64,000 nt of DNA, taken from Bispira polyomma. Taxonomy: Eukaryota. Under the pieces are notes generated by a model. It was given only the letters and a program-made list of their open reading frames with translations, ran no database searches and was not told where the DNA came from. Where the stretch lies: contig OZ287755.1 of NCBI GenBank assembly GCA_965649765.1, positions 7,626,001 to 7,690,000 on the forward strand, given 5' to 3'. The position numbers and the translations under genes are program-made. Of this stretch, positions 14,898-27,908 are shown piece by piece; the stretch's first letter is position 1; each line of letters begins with the position of its first letter.

Positions 14898-15906
14898 GAG
14901 AATAGGGCCCCATGTAACATCACAATGGTCATATACCACATGTGTTCTAGTGGTGAGGAAGAGAATAGGGCCCCATGTAACATCACAATGGTCATATACC
15001 ACATGTGTTCTAGTGGTGAGGAAGAGAATAGGGCCCCATGTAACATCACAATGGTCATATACCACATGTGTTCTAGTGGTGAGGAAGAGAATAGGGCTCA
15101 TGTAACATCACAGTGGTCATATACCACATGTGTTCTAGTGGTGAGGAAGAGAATAGGGCCCCATGTAACATCACAATGGTCATATACCACATGTGTTCTA
15201 GTGGTGAGGAAGAGAATAGGGCCCCATGTAACATCACAATGGTCATATACCACATGTGTTCTAGTGGTGAGGAAGAGAATAGGGCCCCATGTAACATCAC
15301 AATGGTCATATACCACATGTGTTCTAGTGGTGAGGAAGAGAATAGGGCCCCATGTAATATCACAATGGTCATATACCACATGTGTTCTAACTAGTGGTGA
15401 GGAAGAGAATAGGGCCCCATGTAACATCACAATGGTCATATACCACATGTGTTCTAGTGGTGAGGAAGAGAATAGGGCACCATGTAACATCACAATGGTC
15501 ATACACCACATGTGTTCTAGTGGTGAGGAAGAGAATAGGGCCCATCTAGCATCACAATGGTCAAGTACTACACGTGTTCTAGTGGTCAGGAGAGAATAGG
15601 GCCCCATGTAACATCACAATGGTCAAGTACCACATGTGCTCTAGTGGTCAGGAAGAGAATAGGGCCCCATGTAACATCACAATGGTCAAGTACTACACGT
15701 GTTCCAGTGGTCAGGGAGCGAATAGGGCCCCATGTAACATCACAATGGTCAAGTACTACATGTGCTCTAGTGGTCAGGGAGAGAATAGGGCCCATGTAAC
15801 ATCACAATGGTCATATACCACATGTGTTCTAGTGGTCAGGAAGAGAATAGGGCCCATGTAACATCACAATGGTCAAGTACTACATGTGTTCTAGTGGTCA
15901 GGGAGA
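14898..15906. repeat. 63-bp minisatellite, about 16 copies
   Basis: Unit gagaatagggccccatgtaacatcacaatggtcatataccacatgtgttctagtggtgaggaa. Confidence 0.97.
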
Positions 15907-15941
15907 TGGTGATCAGAAGGGTTACATTTCCCACTTTTAAC

Positions 15942-16143
15942 TGTGGCTGTGGTGGCCTAGTAGTTATAAGTGTCTGCTTTAAAATCACTAGCCGCTCACC
16001 TCAGGGGATCGAATCCCACAGATTCCTTCTTCGTGTGAGAAAGATTGTCGGGTAATTGCTATAGAATGGTGTTTAAAGTGCTTCAGCACTGGTTTCCCCC
16101 ACCACTAATCCTGTTGAAAGTAACGCAAAAACCAAAATAAATA
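15942..16143 (+). mobile_element. SINE family B copy
   Basis: Colinear with 2263-2480 (aaaatcact..ctcacctc..gaatcccacagattccttctt). Confidence 0.75.
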
Positions 16144-19100
16144 AAAGGAATCTATTTTTGTCTCTAACAAAAAGGTTCTGTTTTCAGCTGTTGTCTTAGT
16201 TTTGTTTGTTCGTTCCGTCACCATGATTTCACAAAGAATTTTTTGAGCCATTTAACATTGACATGTAATGGATAATATTTTTTTTGAAATGTTGGAGTAG
16301 ATGTAGTGGTTTGGTCTGTTAGAAAATGCCTCAATATATATATAATTTTAAAAAACATTATTCATATTATCTGTCAGACACACAAATAATTTCATAGATA
16401 TTTGTATTGGTTAAGGAATATAATATACTGATGTAATAACAATAAATATCATCATATTATCACAACCAGATCTTCCTGATAAATTTTTATTAAATATAAA
16501 TTGCAAAAAAAAATAAATATTTGACAAAAGATGTGTCTGTATTGTTGACTAAAAAACATCAGGTAGGTGAACCCGCTCTGAGAACGTAGCCAGTTGTCCA
16601 TATATATTCGCACAATGAGAAAACTCCCGTCTTACTTATGATGAGAATTATGACATAGTTGTTTTTCACCTTAACACTGTCTACAAACACATGGTCTGAA
16701 GTACCTGTGTTCAATTCTTTGGTGATTTCATCTGACAAATATTTAAATCAATGAAGTGTCTTCACACTTTAGAATTTGGGTTTTAACAGAACTAAAAAGG
16801 ATGAAATGGTGTCAATTTGCAAAAAAGTGAATATAAATTTTTATATAAATTGTAAACTGCAGTAGAATCACCACTTTTGTTGGGTTCTCTCTCAGAGTAC
16901 GTTTTTAAAGGACAAGATGTATGTGTGATTACACATATTTCTCCATATGAAATGGAAATTGACTGAATACATACTAACATGGAAATTCCCTTTATTTCTT
17001 TCAACTACAATGTAATATAAATGTTTTTAGTTCATCTTGGCAAATTCCTTTGTTAAAAGTAAGTAGATTCAGTTCACCCATTTAAACCTTTCACAACTAT
17101 GAGAGCAGTATTGTCTCCTGTACTGAAGAACAACTAATTCCTGGGTATTAGGTCATAGAAAATACACACACCGAAAACCTCCATCCCAACTTTGGTGACT
17201 TTGAGTGTTACCGGGAATTAGGTTATTCCCTTGTGATCTCCTTGTGATCCCTCACAGCTGTATATAGAATGCAATTGGTGTGTGTTTGGCCATATTGTAG
17301 TCAAGACAGGATTAAACTTTGCCACATCATGCTGCCACCACTTACCCTCATCCCACCCTCCTACCTTCCTCTGTAATCCTTTGAGAGTAAATACAGGGAA
17401 CTCTTTTGTTCCCAGTCAGTATCTTTTGTTTTACACCAGTCACCACAACAACCAGATAGATTGGACTCTTCAAAACCACAGGGAGAGGAGTTGAGGTGTG
17501 GGGGATGCAAACATTTGACAGGATAAAAAGATTAAATGTCAATATGTTTTAGTTTATTTTTAATTAGGCTTTTTAATTGTTTCGAAACACTAGAGTCACA
17601 CTGTTGTGGGGTAATGACGAAATACATAAAAACACATGAATGTAACTTAGTTCTCTTGCCCATTCACAACGAAGGCTGTTTGTTCTCACACAGGAGTTTT
17701 TTTTTTTGTCTGTATTTTTTTTATCTATGGCTTCTACTTTTCTTGGATGTCGTCAAATAGGGTGAAGTCGTCGGCATAAAGTGGTTGGGTGTAATGAATA
17801 CTAGCTCTGTTCTTTTCTGCAATCCCGGAGTTTTCTTTTTTTCAAGTCAAATAAATAAATACTGAATGTTAACTAACATATTTTTTTGCAAATTTGAAAA
17901 AAAAAAAAATTACATTTATAGACTGCCAGGTCCTGCGGAAGGATATGGGGGTGTACAGAAAGGGACCTAAGCTGTGGTGGGGTGGTGGTGGGGCTGGTGG
18001 TGTGTAGTGACTTCTCTGCTAGTAAGTGTAGTGTATGTGTCCAGTGATCTAATCTCAACTGACTGATCCATAACCCTTGGGGGCAGGGATTGAGGAAGCT
18101 GTAGATCTAGTCCTATTGTTGGGTTTAAGAAAAACAAAAAGTCTCTTTCCTCTATTAAGGTTATTGAATAAAAAAGGAGTAGCAGGTTAGAAAGGATATG
18201 GAGATACAACAGCTTTAAACGTTGAGATATATATTTTAAACAGAATTCAATAATAAATGGGAGGCCAATGTAATTTGTTTTGCGGTATGGAGAGATGTAA
18301 GATGGATATAATCTATACTTGTAACCAGCCAGTTTAATAGAACATTTAACACCAAAATTCATATATAGTCACATCCGAGATAGATATATAGATTTTAACC
18401 TTTTCGAGCAATTTGTTACTTCCAGAACCAATGTCTGTCGGCAAGCAGTTGACACCACAAAAATATTTTTCCATTTTCCTTTAAATTAAGAGGAAATTGT
18501 AAGCACTGCAGAATTCCATGTTAAAAAAATGTGAATGCTGGAAGTAGTCTGTCATGTGTGTTCTAGTGATTCCACCTATCTATAACCTATTACCCACAAA
18601 ATTCCCTTGAAATTCAAAAACAACTTTGGGTATAATACTTAATACCGACAGACATAGGTTCTAGGATTAAAAATGCTGTCGACTACTTGTTGCCAACACA
18701 GTGATCCAAAGAGGTAATTGGGTTCTTGTTTTGTCTGTACTTTCCCTTCAACATATGCTGTAACAATGATCTTCATAGCTAAACATTATTGTAATGTTCA
18801 ATTTTGACATGAGTTTTTGACACTACCATGCCTATTATTTATATACTAAGTAACTGTTTTATTTATCAAATAATCTTCATGTTTGTGTGGCTTTGAAAGC
18901 CCTTATTTTATTCTTGGTTTCAAAATAAGTAAAATGTACAAAGAATGAATTCACATGTGAAGACAAAGAAACAAAAAAAAACAACAACTAAACTTTAGAA
19001 AGGTAAATATTTGACACCATTCTGTACCCTGGTCTAATTTATTAATTGTGTCAACCCTTATTTTTCCACCGTCCAATTGTGCAAACACACACCTCATTGT

Positions 19101-20187
19101 ATCATAAGGAATTAAATGGGGCTATCGAAATGTTCATCAAAATGTAAATATTTGGCCAAACTTTGAAACATTTTGATGACAAAAAAGACGGTTATATCAA
19201 GTATAGTTTTTGCATATGTACAAAGAAAACAAATTGACATTCTTGGTTCTAAAAGGTAGATATGGACAATGCTTTTCGACTGATTTTTTTCCGGATGCAT
19301 ATTTAGAAGAAAGGGATTTTAGCATCTCCTCTTAACTCAAAGTAAATTGATCAGAGCTTCTTAATTAAAAGGGGATGGAGAGTTCTTTTGGATAAACTTT
19401 TTTGTCCTTCTCTTAGCTTCCACACTGCAGTACCGGAAGAGTTACTGGTGTTACAAGGCTTTTTTTCATAATGTCTTTGAGCAGTTTAAATTCCAGCAAG
19501 TCTTTCAGCTGTGAATCTTGTGGGTCACAATTAATGACAACTTAACCATGAAGCAGCATAATAACAAACTTTGTAAAATTTCCTTCAGTCGAATCAGGAT
19601 TGTCTATAGAATTAGACAAGTTTAACCGAAGGTGCCGCAATAGCTATTGTGCATGCTCTTGTAATTTCAAAATCGGGCTATGCCATTCACAAGAAAGACT
19701 TTTAAGACACAAATCACATTCCAAGTATATGGACAGAGCCTTCAGCATTGTGTGTGTGTATTCCAATGCCTGCCAAACTGTCAATATTATTATATTGAAA
19801 TGAAAACCGTCTTTTTACTTTCTAAATAAATTTGTTCGGTTCAATATGAAACACTTGAACAGCATTGGCTGATAAGACGCTATATAAAAACCTGATGTTT
19901 TTTATGTTTCTTACTGCTTCTGCATACGATCATAGTGTGTGAATGGTAAATCGTGTAAACACCACATAAAACCTGTTAAACTTCACAGAGGGTTTGCAGA
20001 TAATTGTTTAATGGTTGGGTAGGACATTTGGCCATTTAGATAGGCCTGTATTCTGACATTTCAACAAAAGTTTCTCCATTGGTAACTATTATTCATACAA
20101 AAATCAAACAGTGATGATATACATGTTTTCTAGTAATTATTAATATAAGAGAAAATCAATCAGGGTTTTTTGACATTTCAGATCCAA

Positions 20188-20642
20188 CGGCCGTACTCAC
20201 TAACAGTCTTAGACTTAGCCAATGCCCAGCCTTTAATTTCAAACTTTCGTCTTAGCCATGTTTTGTCTTAAAAAGGTATTCACAAAAGGTGGCTTAGCTA
20301 AGACTTTATATTGTTTTATTAACAATAATACAAAGTATTATTTACATTTTTGCACAAAGTAATATACTAAATACTTCTTAGGCCTTCCCAGAAAAAAAAT
20401 GCAAAAATATCATTAAATAAGAACCTTTTTTTCTTTTATTGGACTGGACGTAAGACTGGCTAAGTTTTCTCCAAAGAATGTATGATTCAAAATATGAATT
20501 AGACTACTTTTATTTGATTGTAAAGTAATAGCCCTTGGCTAAGCTAAAACTTAGGCTTAGACCCTTTTCCCAACAGTTAAGACAAAAGTCTTAACTTTAA
20601 GCCTCATACTTGACTAAGTCTGTTAGTGAATATGGTCCCAGA
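20188..20642. mobile_element. Longer MITE related to the palindromic family
   Basis: Inverted ends ggccgtactcactaacag.. and ..ctgttagtgaatatggtcc. A related element lies at 21474-21695. Confidence 0.6.
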
Positions 20643-21737
20643 TAACCAGTGAGAAATGATCATTGATACACAGATAAAGAAACTAGAAGTTCACGAGGTA
20701 GAGTGCATACGTCCTATCAAATGCCACATTACCAAAACAAGTAATAACTAATTCCTGAATCAACTGATCCACCTGGATGTTCCGCAAAATCAGTGGTTGT
20801 TCCCATTAGCATATGCCCAATTCCAGCTCCAAATTGCATGCATATTGTTTCAGTCGCTTTTTGTGTAATTTGTTTTCAGTTTTCACAAATTAATGTATAG
20901 AATTCATAAAGTCCCAAGTTGGGTACAAATAGTTGTACCTGTAATAAATAAGTGTTCATCTAAATGCATACTTTATCATATAAAGAAATACAAATAAATA
21001 AATAACAGTCAAACAGCAACAAGTATCACAATTATATATTGTTTTTTTGTTTGTGTGTGAATAATAATAAAAAAATAATAGTCAAACCAACAATACGTAT
21101 CACAATTATATATTGTTTTTTTGTTTGTGTGTGTAATCTTAGTGTTATCCAAACAAACAAACCAGCCAACAGACAGGTGAGAAAACACAAAACCAACTTT
21201 CTTGGTGGAGGTGCAACTTTAATGTTTTAAATTCAAATTTGGATTATAATTGGGTTTTTACATCATTTTCAACAGCTAAAGGTCATACGTTGAAGCACTG
21301 TAAACCACCGGCATCCTACAGATACACATAAAAACAAACAAACCAGATTTCAAACCCATATTGATCAGAGGCCTGTGATTGTGAAGCTAACGCTTCTAGC
21401 CACTAGGCTGCCGCGGCCCCAAATAATAAAGTTCATGAGATTAGCTGAAGAATTTTTTTGATGTCTAACACCCAGCGCCGTATTCACAAAACGGTCTTTG
21501 TCTTAATTTAGTCTTATTCTTAACATTGATGTCTAAACTATTTGAAACTGCCTGCTGTTAGTCTTAGTATTTGAGAGTAAAGGTAACACATAGATATTTT
21601 CTTATTGTCACTGAGACTAAAACCAAAATCGTTTCAGTCCTCATCAAGGGGATCAACATGTTAAGCTTAAAAGACATTTGTGTAAATACGGCCAGAGTGT
21701 TCTATTTATAACACTGTTTAAAAAATATATTTTTCAG

Positions 21738-21889
21738 TCACGGTTCCCGCTGGGTATTATCTCAGCTACTGGAACACCCCTTTGATCAGCTACTCCTCCA
21801 CTGATGCTGCCGTCACTGATAAGAGTGTCTACGACACAGTCATCAGGATGGGAGAAGGCTACAAGGAAATAGGACATGCTTTTATAGAG
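21738..21889 (+). CDS. rGC exon 2 (VTVPAGYYLSYWNTPLISYSSTDAAVTDKSVYDTVIRMGEGYKEIGHAFIE)
   Basis: ttttcag/gtaaga. WNxPLIS and DKxxY motifs. Phase 1 to 0. Confidence 0.92.
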
Positions 21890-22300
21890 GTAAGACAGAA
21901 TTTAGGGTGAGAGGGGCAGGAGGGCGGTGGGGATGTGGTTGGGGGGAGAGAGAAGGCTACAAGGAAATTGGACATACTTTTATGGAGGTAAGACAGAATT
22001 TAGGGTGAGAGGGGGAGGAGGGCTGTGGGGGTGTGGTCGGGGGTAGAGAGAAGGCTACAAGGAAATTGGACATGCTTTTATAGAGGTAAGACAGAATTTA
22101 GGGTGAGAGGGGGAGGAGGGCTGTGGGGGGTGTGGTGGGTGTGGTGGGAGGGAGAGAGAAGGCTACAAGGAAAATTGGACATACTTTTATGGAGGTAAGA
22201 CAGAATTTAAGGTGAGAAGGGGAGGGGATTGTGGGGGGGGGGCGTTTGAGAAGGCCACAGGGAACGTGGATGTGCTTTTATAGAGGTAAGACAGAATTTT
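21852..22300 (+). repeat. About 98-bp tandem repeat of the exon 2 3' end plus donor (5 units)
   Basis: gag|gtaagacagaattt donors at 21890, 21988, 22086, 22195 and 22286. Confidence 0.95.
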
Positions 22301-25016
22301 AGTTGGTTTCTTAGATTGTGAATTTCCACCGAAAGAATTGGTTGTCAAAAATAGTCATTTTGTGTTTTGAAGGAAGCAGTTGGAGGAAAACAATTTCCCA
22401 GAATTCATAGCAGACATTCGCAGTGGTGTCAAAAAATTGGAACCCCCAAAAAAAGATATAAAAACAAACATCAAAGAGCGGAGTACGGACAAAAAACATA
22501 CAGACAAAAAGTATTCAGACTATTTTTTTTTAAAACATTCACATATACTATACATATGCGTAATATGTGTCTCATTCATGAGCAGGTCTTTATCTTTAAT
22601 CTGTTTTTAAAAACTTATACAACAAGACAAGTAAAAACTGGGCCTGAGGATACTTAGATCAACTTATGGATACTTATTATAACAGTGGACTATTAGGTAT
22701 CCTATCCTGTATGTACAAATTTGTATGATACTTTTTGTCCAAATACGTTTGTCCACTTTGGAATTGTTAGTCACTGCAATAATATTTCATTGCACTTCAA
22801 TTCCCCAAAATGTAGAGCTACTTATTGGTTTTAAGAAAAAGCTTAAAAGATTTCTTTTTAACCTGGCCTCACCACTGTAGTTTCCCTCCTGTACACTCCC
22901 ACATCCTTCCTTGTGACTGCTATGTCCATGGATCACACGATGGGACTACTGATTCTGCTGTTGCACCTTAGAAGATGCCTAGCATCAATAAAGTACATTA
23001 AAAATGCATACTAATAATAATAAAGTACCAACAAATTGTTCATCCTGCAGTGACTGATCGCATAACAATACTCAGTGGGGCATTAGTCACATGCTACTGT
23101 TTATCTAGTTATTTTTAAACTAATCTTTAAGTGATGCACCGGGGCAAATTGACCCAACCCACCACACCCAATCCCATTATGGAAAATTTATATGTACTAA
23201 GTTCATGCTTATATATGTGTACTATTTTAGTTTTTGTGGTAGTACATTTACTTTTATCCATCAAGTAAAGTATATATATATAATGGCGTTGTAAATAAAA
23301 ATAATCAAAATTTTCATGTAAAATTGTATATAGAGGCAAATTTGTGAAAAAAACTGACTCTAAACCCTAAGCATCAGATTGTTTGCTATGTTTAATTCAA
23401 ACTTATCTCATACATCTTATTTGACTGGCACATACTTCAAGGTCAGAATATAAATCTTGACCATGGTTGTAGGGGCCATTACTTGCAAACCACTGTGGGT
23501 GATAAGGAGTTGACAAGAATATTAATAGTGAAAATTGTAAACAAAAATGCTTCCTTGTGAAATCCTAGTTCAAATCTAATTAACTCAAACGTGAGTGTGT
23601 CAAGGTTGAGTTTATTTTTGGTCATCTACTTTTGAACAGATTACTTTTTAGTACATCTACCGGAATTAGATGTGCTACTAAGCAATTGAGATATATATCT
23701 GTCTGTCATCAGCATAAACAAATGGTGCTTCTAGATGTGTATGGGGGCTATAATTGTAATTAGTGGTGTAGTTTTGTAAAATGAAAACAAAAATGAAGGG
23801 GCATTTAGATGGATGTAGATCTGTGTGTTATCATCATAAAATACTGGAACTGGATGGATTTGTGGAAAGACAAAACAATAGTGAACCCTTAGTACATGGG
23901 TTTAACAACATCTGATATAATGCTATCCTCAATCTGGTTTTCATATTTGTATTTTGGTTTATATTTCTAAAATAGAATATGCTATACAACTGCGTCATTT
24001 CATTTATCTGATATTCTACAGTTTTTTGGTTGCTACTGATCTTTCCACATTAAACATGCAAACAAAATACTTAATCTTATTCAAGTCTTTCATGTAGGTA
24101 ATAGGTTTAATACCCCAAAAGATGCCATTTAAAATACTAACTGAGCATTAAGGCTGGATTATAGCCATTATTAATTTCATTGATCTAATTTTTTTAATTC
24201 ATTAGACCCTTGACGATATGTTCCCATACTTTGTTTACACCTGTGTGACAAACTTATAAAAGTTCAGTTATTTTTTGATAAAAACACTTATATTCTATCA
24301 TCAATCATGACAGATTGTTATATTTCTATAAGCCTGGGCTTCCTTTTAGCAGACACCGACGTCAGCCAATTTGAATGTATCCAATCCGATGCCAGCCATC
24401 GTTGTACTTTCTTTTATCTGATATATACTCGTCTGATGTTGACGGCTGTAATCACAATAAAATATGCTTTCTCATGCCATTTCTAATGTATATGAGTATA
24501 TATCGGATAAGATCTATACCTATGATAGTGTATTTGGCCAGTTTTGTTAAAACATCTGACCGACCTTCCGATATTTTTGCTCTCTGACCGATAAATTCTG
24601 ATAGGGGAACAGACGTCTGATCTGAGGGAAATATGTTGAATGGAAGCACTTAGTAGTATTATGGAATGACCAAAAACATGGGCCGATGTCGGCCTAGAAA
24701 AACATGCTGACTCAAAGTGATGACTTTTGCATAAAAAATATGAAATCTTATCACTGCACACATATAATGAACCAATCAGTTAAAGAATAGCACCGTGGAA
24801 ATATCCTGATACTAAAGTAGTTCTATCCATTTAAAGCTTGCAATTTCTACTACTAATTCTTAATTTTTCTAGCACTCACTACAGAAAACATTTTTCTTTA
24901 TGTGCTGTCTTGGGTTTATTGTAAGTACACACAAGTAAACCTTTTGAAGTGCCAACTGGAAATCATTGTCAAGGTGCTGATGTGTAGTTTTGGTTCATTG
25001 TTTTGATTCTCTCAAA

Positions 25017-25300
25017 AGGGGCCGCGGTGCCCTAGTGGTTAGCAAGCATTACGCTTCACAATCACTGGTCTTTCACCTCTGGGTAGCGTGAGTTCGAATC
25101 CTGTCGATGCCTATGTGGGAAAAGTGGTAGTTCCTTACTGTGGGCCGCTGGTTTCAGTGCAGAACCTTGACCAACTGTATGCAGTGTTTCCTCCAGCTTT
25201 TCCAACTACCCGTCCCAATATAACATACTAAAAGGTACTAGAGAGGACATTAAATATCCAAATTCAAGTTTAAATTTATCGTCAAAATTCAAATTCAAAT
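25017..25300 (+). mobile_element. SINE family A, full length
   Basis: ggggccgcggtgccctagtggttagc...gttcgaatcc...(aaattc)n tail. Confidence 0.9.
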
Positions 25301-26034
25301 TGAGTCTTTAAAGTGCCATAATTTGCAGCCATTTTTAAGACATATTTATATTCATAGCACCAGCTGGAAAATTCCATGGAAGAGCCAGAAACATTTAGGT
25401 CAATATAAGTTTCTGAACACAAAATATCCTACGCAAATGCACACCCCAGATTTGTTGCCAGAAAGTACACATTGGTTCTTCCATGGAATTGTTTAGCCGG
25501 CATATCGATACATTACATTACCATTACACAACACCAAAACACAAAACAAAAAAAAAAAAATGCCTCAAATTATGGTTTGGCACTCTGGCAAGGATTTTCA
25601 GTAGGCACTACATAGCCTGAAAATAATGGCCCGAAACTACACATAAAAGAAACAAGGGAGATCTGTCTAAATTATCAGATTGACTTGCAACACTGATTAT
25701 CTCCAGGGATAAGCAAACTTTAATATGATCGTTTTACATGTGCGTCCTAGAATCCCACCCTAATCGAGATTAGGTGCTATAAAAGTTCGACTTTATTGGA
25801 TTAAAAAAAACTATTATTAAAAAACATATCTTTTTACCTTGTCTGTCCACCCTAGATCCTTCCTGTACACTCCAATGCACTTTGGGATTGGATTACTGAT
25901 TCTGCTGTTCAGCTTTAGAAGATGCCTAGCATAAAATAAAAGCTCAATATAAATATATAGAATAAAGCTCATTAAAAATGCAAAGTAATGATACCATGCA
26001 TTGTGCAGCACTTCCATTGTTTATCTCTTATCAG

Positions 26035-26230
26035 ATCTTCCACGAATTTGGTTGGACCAAGGCTGCCATCATGACCAAGACAACAGGCCTCTGTCACTAT
26101 GGCAACACCTACATCCCAAACCAGTTCCGAGAGGTGGGGCTACAGGTGACTGACCTTGAGGAATTGGAAGGCTCCTTGACGGACACGACGGCAGAGACAT
26201 TTCTACACTACATGCAGGAACGGGCGAGGA
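26035..26230 (+). CDS. rGC exon 3 (IFHEFGWTKAAIM...HYMQERAR)
   Basis: tatcag/gtaagt. FGW motif. Phase 0 to 1. Confidence 0.92.
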
Positions 26231-26299
26231 GTAAGTTAGGCTGTGTATTTCACATACTGTTTTGTTCCACCCTAATTATTACTATTAGTATACACTTTT

Positions 26300-26840
26300 A
26301 ATGTGCTTTATTAATGATAGACATCTTCTAAAGTGCAGCAGCAGCATCAGTGATTTAGTCATAAAGTCCATGGGCATGGCAAGGTCGTAAGGAAAGATGT
26401 GGGGGCATACAGGAGGGAAATTAAGGTAGGTACGCAAGGTTAAAAATAGGTTTTATGCCTATTCTTAAAACCGATAAGTATATTTACTCATCTGAGGTCA
26501 ACTGGGGGACTATTCTATAACAAAGGAGCTGCAATGGAGAATGCTCTGGATCCCGCCTTCCTGGTGGGTTTAACCGAAGAAACAAAGAGTCTGCTGCCTC
26601 TCTTTGGGTTACTAAAGGAGAAAAAGGAAGCGAGGAAAGAGGGCTCTTGAGTGACTACAGCCTTAAAAGTGGTAAAGTGAATTTTAAACAAAATTCAAGA
26701 GTAAATGGGAAGCCAGTGTAGTTTTAGAGGCAAGGAGTGACGTCAGTATAAAATCTGTGTGACCACCCAGACTAAAAATTGACCCGCAAAAGTTGTTTGG
26801 AATGGATTTTAAAATTTGTATTAAATCTGGCCATCACGAT
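26300..26840 (-). mobile_element. L2/CR1-type LINE 3' fragment
   Basis: Minus-strand LHWLP and RAFSIAAP remnants plus the shared 3' UTR (ctgctg..cactttagaagatg). Similar pieces at about 22790-23020(+), 25780-25990(+), 41985-42290(-), 43925-44200(-), 44780-44940(+), 58590-58870(+) and 62815-63005(+). Confidence 0.7.
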
Positions 26841-27015
26841 ATGACTTAAGCTTCTAATCGATCTCTCTTACTTCCAGTCTTTATCATCTCTTTTTTGCCA
26901 ACAAGGACCTGATCACACTCATGCTCACCGCTCACAGACTAGACATGGTCACTCTTGGCGGATCTATGCATTCTACTGAGTCATTTCTAACTATTCTCCT
27001 CTCTTGTATTTTCAG

Positions 27016-27218
27016 TTTTTATCATCTGTATTGACAGCGAGGACCTAATCACACTTATGTTGACCGCTCAGCGACTGGAGATGGTCAACCCAGAGTACGT
27101 CTACTTTGTCTTCTCTCTGCTGCCGGACTCCACCGCCCTGGAACCCTGGGGCAGTCTGGATCATCTCAGTGCTTACGACGTGGCGGACCGCAAACGGGCC
27201 TTCACCTACGTCAAGTTT
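27016..27218 (+). CDS. rGC exon 4 (IFIICIDSEDLITLMLTAQRLEMVNPEYVYF...AFTYVKF)
   Basis: ttttcag/gtaagt. LMLxAxRLxMxxxEYV motif. Phase 1 to 0. Confidence 0.92.
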
Positions 27219-27656
27219 GTAAGTTGGGTATTTGAGAAGGCAGACATGGTTAGCTAGTAGACGGATGACAACTTTTTTAACTGATGTATAGCCAATTGGC
27301 GACAGAGTGGCTAATACAAGCAAAACGTTGGAAGTCCCAATCGGCATATATAGAGATTGAATCTGGTAAAAATAAATACATATCCTTACTCCTTATACAA
27401 TACATTAGACTATTTTCTGTTTTACATGCCAACATGGTATATATCAATTAATATAAAATAAAAACTAAAACAACATATATTGGTACAATTCTGTCGGCCA
27501 TTTTACATCCCACCAAATTTATAACTTTTTTGTAGCAGTATCTGTTCTGTCCCTTTTTGTGATTCGGTCGTCAAAATAACAGTAAGGAATAAAAAGGAAC
27601 AGATTATTCGGTCTAGGTAGCTAGGTAAATATCAATCCTAATTACTCCACGTACAA

Positions 27657-27908
27657 GGGGGCCGCGGTGGCCTAGTGGTTAGCACGCATTGTGCTTCACA
27701 ACCACTGGTCTCTTACCTCTGGGCGGCGTGAGTTCGAATCCCGTCGATGCCTATGTGGTAAAGGTGGTAACTCCTTACTGTGGGCCGCTGGTTTCTCTGC
27801 AGAACCTTGACCAACTGTATGCAGTGCTTCCTCCAGCGTTTCCAACTACCCATCCCAATATAACCTACTAAAAGGTACCAGAGTGGACGTGAAATATCCA
27901 AATTCAAA
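27657..27908 (+). mobile_element. SINE family A, full length
   Basis: Same consensus as the other copies. Confidence 0.9.

Noticed and set aside
14796-16055. Many overlapping repetitive ORFs, and a CRISPR-like appearance
   Set aside because: They result from a 63-bp (3n) minisatellite. Units are contiguous with no unique spacers and there are no cas genes.
25017-25110. tRNA gene calls from A/B boxes (also at other SINE heads)
   Set aside because: Each is followed by a shared SINE body and tail, often with a TSD, so these are SINE heads rather than tRNA genes.
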